64,000 nucleotides of DNA. It comes from an uncultured Acidobacteriota bacterium. Lineage in GTDB: Bacteria > Acidobacteriota > Thermoanaerobaculia > Multivoradales > JAHEKO01. The notes beneath the pieces are model-generated. The model was not told where the DNA came from and ran no database searches. It saw only the letters and a program-made list of their open reading frames with translations. The position numbers and the translations under genes are program-made. The DNA lies in NCBI GenBank assembly GCA_963713825.1, contig CAVQNG010000003.1, positions 512,001 to 576,000 of the forward strand, read 5' to 3'. How positions within the stretch are numbered: the stretch's first letter is position 1; the number at the start of each line of letters is the position of its first letter. Below, in pieces: positions 50,389-60,445 of this stretch.

Positions 50389-51485
50389 CGAAAGTCGCTG
50401 AGGCGGACGGGTAGCCGGCGTGCACCCCAATCCCCCGGGCTGCCATCGAAGCGTCCCGCACATGGCGTGCCACAGGCGCGGCAACTGCCGTCTGCCGTCA
50501 GTCGCCAATCGTTCAAGACATACCAGTCACGACCGATGAGCCTCTCGCCACACTCGTGGCAATAGGTACTGCCGCCTTCGTGGTCGTGAACGTTGCCGGT
50601 GTAGACATAGCGAACACCGTTGCCCATCGCGATGCGTCGAGCTCCGCTCAGCGTCTGATGCGGCGTCGGCGCGCGGTCCATCATCTTCCAGTCGGGGTGA
50701 AAAGCGGTGAAATGCATCGGCACGTCTCGGCCCAGTTTGTCCACCACCCAGCGCGACATCGCGTCGATCTCTTCGGGTGAGTCGTTTTCGCCTGGGATCA
50801 GCAGCGTGGTGATCTCGAACCAGACATCCGTTTCGTGCTGCAAGTAGACCAGGGTTTCGAGGACAGGCTGTAGGTGTGAGCCGCAGATCTCCCGATAGAA
50901 CGATTCGGTGAAGGCCTTGAGGTCGACATTGGCGGCATCCATGTGGCGGTAGAACTCCTCGCGCGGCTCGGCACAGACCTCTCCTGCCGTTACCGCCACG
51001 GCCTGGATGTCGAGCTCATGACAGGCCTGGGCAACATCGATCGCGTACTCGTGGAAGATGACCGGGTCGTTGTAGGTGAAGGCGACGCTGCGGCAGCCCA
51101 GTTCTCTTGCTGCTCGGGCGATGGTCTCCGGAGCTGCCTGATCGGCCAGGGTGTCGAACTGCCGGGACTTGGAGATGTCCCAGTTCTGGCAGAAACGGCA
51201 GGCCAAGTTGCAGCCCGCCGTTCCGAACGACAGCACCGGGGTGCCCGGAAAGAAGTGGTTCAGGGGCTTCTTCTCGATGGGATCCACACAGAAGCCACTC
51301 GAGCGACCGTAGGTAGTGAGAACCACCTCTCCGTCCAGGCAGCCACGTACGAAGCACAGCCCACGCTGTCCCTCACGGAGCTTGCAGAAACGGGGGCACA
51401 GATCGCACTGCACCCGGCCATCTTCGAGCTCATGCCAATAGCGAGTCGAAACGACGCTGGCGTCACGAGTGATGGGTACGTCCAT
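50361..51485 (-). CDS. amrS: AmmeMemoRadiSam system radical SAM enzyme
   Basis: VQCDLCPRFC, DPIEKKPL-HF, GCNLACRFCQNWDIS (CxxxCxxC), FTYNDP, YVYTGNV, TYCHECG. Confidence 0.88.
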   Translation of the reverse strand: MDVPITRDASVVSTRYWHELEDGRVQCDLCPRFCKLREGQRGLCFVRGCLDGEVVLTTYGRSSGFCVDPIEKKPLNHFFPGTPVLSFGTAGCNLACRFCQNWDISKSRQFDTLADQAAPETIARAARELGCRSVAFTYNDPVIFHEYAIDVAQACHELDIQAVAVTAGEVCAEPREEFYRHMDAANVDLKAFTESFYREICGSHLQPVLETLVYLQHETDVWFEITTLLIPGENDSPEEIDAMSRWVVDKLGRDVPMHFTAFHPDWKMMDRAPTPHQTLSGARRIAMGNGVRYVYTGNVHDHEGGSTYCHECGERLIGRDWYVLNDWRLTADGSCRACGTPCAGRFDGSPGDWGARRLPVRLSDFREGGKGLRA

Positions 51486-51584
51486 GCCTGAGGCTTCCTC
51501 TCAATGCAACCAACCAAGACTGCACCGAATTCCAGTCAATGACGTACTTTCGGAGGTCCGTTGCGGGGCGTAGGAGCGTGAGGG

Positions 51585-51725
51585 ATGGGCCCCCCACTGC
51601 TCAGAGAATCAGCCGCCGGAGTCGGAGGCTGATTCAACCCCCAATGCCCAAGAGCCGGCTGGAGGTACGACGGACGGTCCAACCCCCAAGCCCCCAAAGA
51701 GCGCCCGGCGGTGAGCCGGGCGCCT
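51585..51725 (-). repeat. dispersed modular intergenic repeat (copy) with terminal GC hairpin
   Basis: Two CAACCCCCAA modules with GGAGGTACGAC core; hairpin GCGCCCGGC/GCCGGGCGC at 51701-51723 just after the nuclease stop. Confidence 0.7.
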
Positions 51726-51736
51726 CCTCCCCCCGG

Positions 51737-54700
51737 TCAGGGATTCACGAGCTTCACCCAATTGCGCATTGCACCCAAACTGCAGCCGAACTTCTCGTGG
51801 CCTTTGCCCAGATGCTGCGCCTCGATGATCTGCTCGCAAGAGCAGCCCCCTGTGTCACCCACCGTGAAGAAATCGGTGGGGCCACTCTGGAGCCGCCTCT
51901 GGTTACCACGGCCACCGGGGGCCGTCGTATCGAACACCCCGTCCTCATCCACCAGCGCGTACCGATTGACTCCCAGACGATCCGTCGGTACCGACTCCGG
52001 AATCACCGTCGCCGGACAGACATCCACGTCATCGGGCACCCCGTCGTTGTCAGCATCGCTGGCCACGAAGAGAACAAGCCCGTCGTGATCGGATGAGCGC
52101 AGGGGCGTCGTGTCGTCGTTGATCAGATCGACGAAGGCGTCGGCGTTGCCACGACCGAACTCCAGACCAGCCAGGAAGTCGTCCAACCCTTCACTCGTCA
52201 GCGCATGGTCGAGGGCTTGACCGTTCCCAGTGAAGATGTAGGAGTAACGTTCCGCCTGATCCAGTTTCGCTGTCTGATTCGTCAGATCGGGCTCCACCAG
52301 ATCAGCGCATGGGTTCGTGTCGCAGACGAGATTGTCGGCTGGCTCGAAGTCACCCACGATCTGGCCGACTGCGTCGACGTACCCGTCGGTGAATTCAAAA
52401 GCGTTGTAGTCACCGATCACCACCAGGTGCACTTCAGGGTTCGCCGACTGCAGGGCCTGGACCTTCTCGGCAATGGACTGGGCCTGTTCGTAGCGCTTCT
52501 GCCTTACCCTCTCGCCACCGCTTGGATCATCGATCCCACCCAGGGAACGATTGTGGACCGTCATGACCGCAATGGAGAACGACCCAAACTCGAGCTCGAA
52601 AGCACCCTCGAGTAGCAAAGGTGGACGATCGTGCAGTAGCGAGCCGTCATAACTCAAGATCTCGTCCTCGCCGAGTTGGGTGATCTGGTCAATCGTCACT
52701 GTGTCACGCACCATGAAGCCGACATCGATGCCGCCAACGTCGTTGCCCTCGATCAGGATCGGCGTGTAGATCACAGACGAATCCTCGAAAGCGATGTCCA
52801 CGGCCAGGTCCTCGAGGACCTCGATTTTCTCCGCCTCCTGGACAGCCAAGACATCGGGGGCATCGAGAACGTCGAGGATGTAGTCGACAAACTTGGCCTT
52901 CCGTCCGAAGTACTCGGCATTGTCGAAGAAACGCAACATGTTCAAGCTGCCCACTGTAAATTCTCCTGCCGCGCGCGCTCTGACCGGGCGCAACACATCC
53001 GGCACCGGCCCCACCGACATCATCTTGGGTACAACCTTGTATCGACCGAAGGTGAAGTTCAGGGGGCCATAGCCCGAAATCGCCTGGCCGGCGAATACGG
53101 GGTCGGAGATGCCATCCAGGCCATCCGTGTCGACGTCGAAGACTTCGGGGTTTCCATCCCAGACGGGAAGATCTGATAGGCCCGGAAAGATGATGCCGGG
53201 CTCTCGGAAGGGCCGCGGATTATCGACAACGAGACTGACCTCGCCGAACCGATTCGTCGGCCCTGAAGCGATGCCATCGAAGCTGACCAGCATACCCTCG
53301 AATCGCTCGAGATCCGGAACCGGAAACGGCTGGTCCGAAGGTGTCGTCGCATCGAACGGAGTTACTGTAGGCAGGGGTTCGCCGCCCCCCAGGATGTCCA
53401 CAGTTGGCGAGTCCGTGATCTCCGTCAGTTCGAAGTACTCCTGCACCCGCCCAATGACTCGTACGCGGTCTCCAATAGAGACCATTGGTGGGTCCACGCC
53501 CGTGTAGACGTAGATACCGTCCGAGGTATAGGGATCATCATCGCTGTCTGCGTCAGGTGTCTGCATGTAAAAGCTGCGAAAGGCCACTGCTGTGACCACG
53601 TTTTCGGTTGTCTTGACTTCCATGCCCTCATAGGGCGAGTAGAGGCCATCGCCCTGGATCTCCCAGATCTCCACCGTCGGGGGTCCCGGCGGTGGCTCGA
53701 CTCCAGAGGTGACCATGAGGTTCTGAAAGGCGATGGCCTCCGAGCCACCATCGGTATTCGCCGTCAGGATCAGGGTGAGCGTTGAGCCGGTGCCCGTGAG
53801 CGGCGCGTAGAACGGGGCCATGTCATTGTTCAGCAGGTCTCCGTTCACCAGCATCGGGTCACTTAGGGTGACGATCGCACCGCCCTCCATCGTGTAGTCC
53901 TGCGAGGCATCCTCGTCGATCGAGCTCTGAAACGCCGTCTGTACCGCGCCACCGTCGATGCTGTAGCTCCAGTTAAAGAAATCATTCGCCGCCTCGAAGT
54001 CCCCCATCGCTCCCATGTCGATCGACAGCCCGAGATCCGACGCACCATAGATGTCGAAGACCCAGGTCGCAACTACGTCACGACCCGAGGTGTCGCCATT
54101 ATTCGTGTCGACAATCCCGAAGAACTCGTCCGTATTCCCTGTCTTGATGATGCCGAGCGTATCCCCCGGGAAGGAGCCCGCAGAGTCGTCCACCACCGCA
54201 AAAGGAATCGACGCCGATACTCCCCGCTGGAACTTGTTGAAACCATCCCCGGCAGAGGTGAACGGAATTGCCGGGTCGTCCGTAAACGACAACAGGTTCT
54301 GCGACGCCGAGCTCACCATGTCAAAAGCGATGACTGTCGGTGGCGGTGGTGGCCCGACTCCCGCGGTGATGACGAGGTTCTGAAAGGCGATCGCCTCCGA
54401 GCCACCATCGGTGTTCGCCGTCAGGACCAACGTCAGCTGCGAACCGGTTCCCGAGAGAGCCGTGAAAAACGGGGTCAGGTTATTCGTCAGCAACACCCCA
54501 TTCATCAACATCGGATCACTTAGGGTGACGATCGCACCGCCCTCCATGGTGTAGTCCTGCGAGGCATCCTCGTCGATCGAGCTCTGAAACGCCGTCACTG
54601 CCGGACTGCCGTCGATGCTGTAGCTCCAGTTGAAGAAATCATTCGCCGCCTCGAAGTCCCCCATCGCTCCCATGTCGATCGACAGCCCGAGATCCGACGC

Positions 54701-55750
54701 TCCACTGATATCGAAGACCCAGGTCGCAATTACGTCACGACCCGAGGTGTCGCCATTATTCGTGTCGACAATCCCGAAGAACTCGTCCGTATTACCTGTC
54801 TTGATAATGCCCAGCGTATCCCCTGGGAAGGAGCCCGCAGAGTCGTCCACCACCGCAAAAGGAATCGACGCCGATACTCCCCGCTGGAACTTGTTGAAAC
54901 CATCCCCGGCAGAGGTGAACGGAATCGCCGGGTCGTCCGTGAACGACAACAGGTTCTGCGACGTCGAGCCCACCATGTCGTAGGCAACCGCCATCGGCAC
55001 AGCAGTACTGACGATGAGGTTCTGGAAGGCGATCGCCTCCGAACCACCATCGGTGTTCGCCGTCAGGACCAACGTCAGCTGCGAACCGGTTCCCGAGAGA
55101 GCCGTGAAAAACGGGGTCAGGTTATTCGTCAGCAACACCCCATTCATCAACATCGGATCACTTAGGGTGACGATCGCACCGCCCTCCATGGTGTAGTCCT
55201 GCGAGGCATCCTCGTCGATCGAGCTCTGAAACGCCGTCACTGCCGGACTGCCGTCGATGCTGTAGCTCCAGTTGAAGAAATCATTCGCCGCCTCGAAGTC
55301 CCCCATCGCTCCCATGTCGATCGACAGCCCGAGATCCGACGCTCCACTGATATCGAAGACCCAGGTCGCAATTACGTCACGACCCGAGGTGTCGCCATTA
55401 TTCGTGTCGACAATCCCGAAGAACTCGTCCGTATTACCTGTCTTGATAATGCCCAGCGTATCCCCTGGGAAGGAGCCCGCAGAGTCGTCCACCACCGCAA
55501 AAGGAATCGACGCCGATACTCCCCGCTGGAACTTGTTGAAACCATCCCCGGCAGAGGTGAACGGAATCGCCGGGTCGTCCGTGAACGACAACAGGTTCTG
55601 CGACGTCGAGCCCACCATGTCGTAGGCAACGACCTGAGCCTCCGACGCGGTCGGTAGAGCCAGCAGTAATGCCATCAAGGCCAAGAACAGAGTGGAAACC
55701 GAAACAAACCTCGAGGTCTTTGCGAGCATCACCATTCTCCTCCCAGGCAT
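51737..55750 (-). CDS. large secreted ExeM/NucH-like extracellular nuclease (3 N-terminal repeats, OB-fold, EEP domain, TSP3-like/C-terminal domain)
   Basis: Signal peptide; IWEIQG..SPYEG OB-fold; ERFEGMLV; EEP motifs VLAVQE, VIGDYN, LDH, SSDHDG; DNDGVPDDVDVCP. Confidence 0.85.
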   Translation of the reverse strand: MPGRRMVMLAKTSRFVSVSTLFLALMALLLALPTASEAQVVAYDMVGSTSQNLLSFTDDPAIPFTSAGDGFNKFQRGVSASIPFAVVDDSAGSFPGDTLGIIKTGNTDEFFGIVDTNNGDTSGRDVIATWVFDISGASDLGLSIDMGAMGDFEAANDFFNWSYSIDGSPAVTAFQSSIDEDASQDYTMEGGAIVTLSDPMLMNGVLLTNNLTPFFTALSGTGSQLTLVLTANTDGGSEAIAFQNLIVSTAVPMAVAYDMVGSTSQNLLSFTDDPAIPFTSAGDGFNKFQRGVSASIPFAVVDDSAGSFPGDTLGIIKTGNTDEFFGIVDTNNGDTSGRDVIATWVFDISGASDLGLSIDMGAMGDFEAANDFFNWSYSIDGSPAVTAFQSSIDEDASQDYTMEGGAIVTLSDPMLMNGVLLTNNLTPFFTALSGTGSQLTLVLTANTDGGSEAIAFQNLVITAGVGPPPPPTVIAFDMVSSASQNLLSFTDDPAIPFTSAGDGFNKFQRGVSASIPFAVVDDSAGSFPGDTLGIIKTGNTDEFFGIVDTNNGDTSGRDVVATWVFDIYGASDLGLSIDMGAMGDFEAANDFFNWSYSIDGGAVQTAFQSSIDEDASQDYTMEGGAIVTLSDPMLVNGDLLNNDMAPFYAPLTGTGSTLTLILTANTDGGSEAIAFQNLMVTSGVEPPPGPPTVEIWEIQGDGLYSPYEGMEVKTTENVVTAVAFRSFYMQTPDADSDDDPYTSDGIYVYTGVDPPMVSIGDRVRVIGRVQEYFELTEITDSPTVDILGGGEPLPTVTPFDATTPSDQPFPVPDLERFEGMLVSFDGIASGPTNRFGEVSLVVDNPRPFREPGIIFPGLSDLPVWDGNPEVFDVDTDGLDGISDPVFAGQAISGYGPLNFTFGRYKVVPKMMSVGPVPDVLRPVRARAAGEFTVGSLNMLRFFDNAEYFGRKAKFVDYILDVLDAPDVLAVQEAEKIEVLEDLAVDIAFEDSSVIYTPILIEGNDVGGIDVGFMVRDTVTIDQITQLGEDEILSYDGSLLHDRPPLLLEGAFELEFGSFSIAVMTVHNRSLGGIDDPSGGERVRQKRYEQAQSIAEKVQALQSANPEVHLVVIGDYNAFEFTDGYVDAVGQIVGDFEPADNLVCDTNPCADLVEPDLTNQTAKLDQAERYSYIFTGNGQALDHALTSEGLDDFLAGLEFGRGNADAFVDLINDDTTPLRSSDHDGLVLFVASDADNDGVPDDVDVCPATVIPESVPTDRLGVNRYALVDEDGVFDTTAPGGRGNQRRLQSGPTDFFTVGDTGGCSCEQIIEAQHLGKGHEKFGCSLGAMRNWVKLVNP
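53713..55630 (-). repeat. three tandem ~620-bp intragenic repeats (offsets 642 and ~657 bp)
   Basis: Copies 1 and 2 nearly identical at DNA level (identical antisense ORFs 54630..54983 and 55272..55625); copy 3 more diverged. Confidence 0.92.
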
Positions 55751-55994
55751 GCAAATGGATGGATACCAGCCAGAGACACGCCTCCCGTGTACATGTCCTC
55801 GTACCGGGTGGCCTCCATGCCTGTCTCCCTCCAGACATTGCTCACCTGCGCTGCGGGTGAGCGGATTCCAGGTGTACTACTAACTTAGCCCACCCAGCGA
55901 AGGAGTCAAGCAGGTATTGACACTTGTCTATGGGTCTTCCTCGCGTCGACACGCCGGCAAGGGAACACTCCCTCCCAATCGTCCAGAGGCGTGG

Positions 55995-56340
55995 GTCTTG
56001 GGGTTGAAGCGTCCGGTCGTCCCACCCGGCCGGTCCTTGAGGGCTTGAGGTTGAAGAGCCCGTCGTCCCTCCGGCCTACCTTTGAGGCAGTGGGTCTCCC
56101 TCCCGTTTTCCTAAGCCCTTAGGCCCCTACGCCCTTATTGCCTTCAGCGGTGCCAGAGGTTCGTCCCGGGGCCTCTCGACAAGCGCAGCGCAAGAGCCAT
56201 GGCAATGCTAGACAGATCCGGTTCGCAGGTGGCGGCCCGCCCTTGAAGTAGGGGAGGGGCTTGCCCCCTCCCACTGGAGCCCTCAAGGGGCTCCCCTACA
56301 TTGCCGACGCCGTCCCCCTGCGAGCCACCCGGACGGATCT
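55995..56340 (+). repeat. dispersed repeat cluster with ~200-nt element
   Basis: Two GGTTGAAG..GTCGTCCC..CCGGCC modules, 8-mer run CCTAAGCCCTTAGGCCCCTACGCCCTTA, then a block homologous to 11190-11376. Confidence 0.75.
56248..56299. repeat. GTAG-type REP doublet
   Basis: GTAGGGGAG...CTCCCCTAC outer inverted repeat enclosing two short hairpins. Confidence 0.7.
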
Positions 56341-56367
56341 CAATTCGAGAACGGCCCCGAGACACTG

Positions 56368-56399
56368 AATAAGAGAACGGCCGGCAGGGGCGCCGGCCG
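56368..56399 (-). terminator. Rho-independent terminator after PCD gene
   Basis: CGGCCGGC-GCCCCT-GCCGGCCG stem followed by TTCTCTTATT on the minus strand. Confidence 0.55.
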
Positions 56400-56424
56400 C
56401 TTGAGGATTCTCACGTATGTGATG

Positions 56425-56769
56425 TCAGTCGCTGGTGCCGCCCTCGAGGCGGTCGGCCTTGGCGGCCCAGACGAAGTCGCTTTCGGTCAGGCCGTCGATC
56501 TTGTGGGTCCAGATCTTCAAGCCTACCTTGCCCCAGGTCAGGAAGATCTCGGGGTGATGGTTCACCTCTTCCGCCAGCTCCCCGACCCGATTCGTAAAGG
56601 CGAGTGCTTCGACGAAGTTACCGAATCGATACTGCTTCTCGAGGTGATGGCTGTCCACCAATTTCCAGTCGTTCCCGAGCCGTTCGTAGAGACCCGCCAG
56701 TTCTTCGCCTTCGAGAGGAGGTACGCCTCCCCTGCAAGGTACACAAATGCCATCCGCAAGCTCACTCAT
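56425..56769 (-). CDS. phhB: pterin-4-alpha-carbinolamine dehydratase
   Basis: CVPCRGG, AEEVNHHPEI, IWTHKIDGLTESDF..AAK-D. Confidence 0.9.
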   Translation of the reverse strand: MSELADGICVPCRGGVPPLEGEELAGLYERLGNDWKLVDSHHLEKQYRFGNFVEALAFTNRVGELAEEVNHHPEIFLTWGKVGLKIWTHKIDGLTESDFVWAAKADRLEGGTSD

Positions 56770-56816
56770 CCGCAGTCTCCTTCGGCTTGCCTTCGGTTCG
56801 CTGTCGCGTCACCGAT

Positions 56817-57545
56817 CTAGTTGCTGTCACTGTAGTTGACCATGGCCTGCGTCCCGTCGTCGGTAGCAGAGATGATCACCATTACCGTGCGATCCTCAGT
56901 CTCTTGGGAAGCGATGACCTGGCCACCCTTGCCGTCGGGTCCCGAGTACTCGGTCTTCTGGACGCTCCACTCGTCGTCTTCGAGCTGCTCGACGTAGAAA
57001 GCCAGCACGTCATCCACCGATTCCGAGGTGGTCAGTTGGAACGATCCACCCACGCCGTCGGGTGTCGACGCCGAGTAGGTGCCTGTCGTCGTGCCGCCGG
57101 GAAAGACCGGCACCCAATCCGGCAGGCTGTCCATGTCGGAGCTGCCGACTCGCATGGTCTCCCCACCATCCGTCGTCACTGTGAACAGACCCTCTTCGGG
57201 GTCGCCCGAGGCACTGAACTCCATCTCTCCCTCGTCCGTCTCGAAGCTCAGCTTGCCCTTTTCGATGTCGGCGTAGTTGACCGTGATGACCTCGCCACTG
57301 TCCTTCTCGCGAATCGTGATCGTGCCCGCATCCCGATCACTGTCCACGAGCTCGAGATCCGGGTTCATCTTGATCAACATCTCGGCCGCCGCCTCTGGAT
57401 TCTCCTGAAAGTCCTCAGCGAAGTCACCGACCTTCTTGGCTACGAAGAAGCCGCTCACCGACACGATGATTGCACACACCACCAGCAGGCCACCGCAGCC
57501 AATCGCCACCCAGGCCCACGGGCTCAGACCTTTCTTTTCGGTCAT
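56817..57545 (-). CDS. hypothetical membrane-anchored acidic protein
   Basis: WVAIGCGGLL TM segment; LPDWVPVFPG and V-AFYVEQL..W motifs; AAGGAG RBS. Confidence 0.65.
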   Translation of the reverse strand: MTEKKGLSPWAWVAIGCGGLLVVCAIIVSVSGFFVAKKVGDFAEDFQENPEAAAEMLIKMNPDLELVDSDRDAGTITIREKDSGEVITVNYADIEKGKLSFETDEGEMEFSASGDPEEGLFTVTTDGGETMRVGSSDMDSLPDWVPVFPGGTTTGTYSASTPDGVGGSFQLTTSESVDDVLAFYVEQLEDDEWSVQKTEYSGPDGKGGQVIASQETEDRTVMVIISATDDGTQAMVNYSDSN

Positions 57546-57682
57546 AGGATCTCCTTTCCGCGCTGTCTCTCGAACAGAGACAAAAACTACCACAGCCCCG
57601 TCTCGGTCCCGCCTGACGGTGAACTGGGATCGGTGGAACCGCCAGAGGCAACTGGAGCCTTCAACCTGTCGAGGTCAGGCGG

Positions 57683-58483
57683 TCAGCCCGTCGATACCTG
57701 GTCGAGGATCGACTTTCGAAGGGACTCCGGGAGTCGATCCAAGTCGAGCTGCCGACAGGCATCGAAGGTCAGGTCGAGCGTCGACATCACCGACTTGCAG
57801 CGCGAGCAAAGCTCATCGGGAGGGACCGGAAACTCGACCCCTCGATCGAGGGCCTCTTGCTTGGCACTCAGAAGATCCAGGCAGACTTTCTGGGAGTGAT
57901 CCGGTGGCGGTGCCGCCCGCTGGGGTAGCGAGTCGGCCAATTCCTTGCGCAGCGCCAAGCGGCCACGGTGAACCCTGGTCTTGACCGTCGCCTCTTTGAG
58001 ACCCAGGATGTCGGCGATCTGCGACAGAGACAACTCGGTGATGTCCTTGAGAAGCAGCGGTAGCCGCAGATGAATCGGCAGACTGGCAAGCGCCTCATCG
58101 ACGCGCTCCTGAGCCTCCCTACGCAGCTGCTCATCGAGTTGGCTCTCCTCGGGAGAGGGTAGCGTCGCGACCATTGGCTGGCCCGAGGGCAAGAGCTCCG
58201 AGAGCGACTCGACCCTGGCCGGCTCGCCCGACCGCAGCCGATTGCGCCGCTGACAGATTCTCGCCGCGATCGTGTAGAGCCAGCTACTCGGCGCGGAGCG
58301 CCCTTCGAACTGATCCCATTTCCGGAAGGCCTGCAGGAAAGTCTCCTGCACCAGGTCCTCGGCTTCCTCGCTGTTGCCGCAGAGCTTCATCCCGAGGCCG
58401 TACATCCGCCCGCCCTCCTCATCCATGAGGCGTTCGAGAGCCAGATCGCGGGGCTCAGCAGCGAGTGAATCAGTATCCGTCAT
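57683..58483 (-). CDS. ECF RNA polymerase sigma factor with Cys-containing C-terminal extension
   Basis: EAEDLVQETFL, SWLYTIA, IADILG..TVKTRVHRGR; extension C-x24-CxxC-x13-C. Confidence 0.88.
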   Translation of the reverse strand: MTDTDSLAAEPRDLALERLMDEEGGRMYGLGMKLCGNSEEAEDLVQETFLQAFRKWDQFEGRSAPSSWLYTIAARICQRRNRLRSGEPARVESLSELLPSGQPMVATLPSPEESQLDEQLRREAQERVDEALASLPIHLRLPLLLKDITELSLSQIADILGLKEATVKTRVHRGRLALRKELADSLPQRAAPPPDHSQKVCLDLLSAKQEALDRGVEFPVPPDELCSRCKSVMSTLDLTFDACRQLDLDRLPESLRKSILDQVSTG

Positions 58484-58510
58484 GGGATTGGAATCAGTCG
58501 GCCCAGGTCG

Positions 58511-58548
58511 AAAAAGCAACTGGCCGCCGGAGATAGCCCGGCGGCCAG
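58511..58548 (-). terminator. Rho-independent terminator downstream of tRNA-Asn
   Basis: 11-bp stem CTGGCCGCCGG/CCGGCGGCCAG followed by TTGCTTTTT. Confidence 0.75.
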
Positions 58549-58558
58549 AAATTTGAAG

Positions 58559-58633
58559 TGGCTCCCCGGGAGGGAGTCGAACCCCCGACCAATCGGTTAA
58601 CAGCCGACCGCTCTACCACTGAGCTACCGAGGA
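58559..58633 (-). tRNA. tRNA-Asn (GTT)
   Basis: TCCTCGG TAGCTCAGTGGTAGAGC GGTCGG CT-GTT-AA CCGAT ... GGTTCGACTCC ... CCGGGGA GCCA; 75 nt cloverleaf with encoded CCA. Confidence 0.97.
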
Positions 58634-58666
58634 ATATGGGGCCTTTGAGAGGCCTTCAAAGGCGAG

Positions 58667-58695
58667 ATATTAGGAGCCGAAGTCCTCTTTGTCAA
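58667..58695 (-). promoter_or_regulatory. sigma70 promoter of tRNA-Asn
   Basis: TTGACA, 17 nt spacer, TAATAT on the minus strand. Confidence 0.75.
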
Positions 58696-58725
58696 TCGCT
58701 GCCTGGTGCGCAATATCCAGTCGAA

Positions 58726-60441
<1,716 letters not shown>

Positions 60442-60445
60442 GATT

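Noticed and set aside
55882-55909. Possible sigma70 promoter for the nuclease gene (TTGACT-16-TAAGTT, minus strand)
   Set aside because: Weaker match with suboptimal spacing; not strong enough to call without TSS data.
56144-56365. Small ORFs within the repeat clusters (also 11208..11564, 12400..12645)
   Set aside because: Frames are not preserved between homologous copies and composition is non-coding-like.
58559-58633. Genomic island integrated at tRNA-Asn
   Set aside because: No integrase next to it and no duplicated tRNA 3' end seen in the window; a normal terminator follows.
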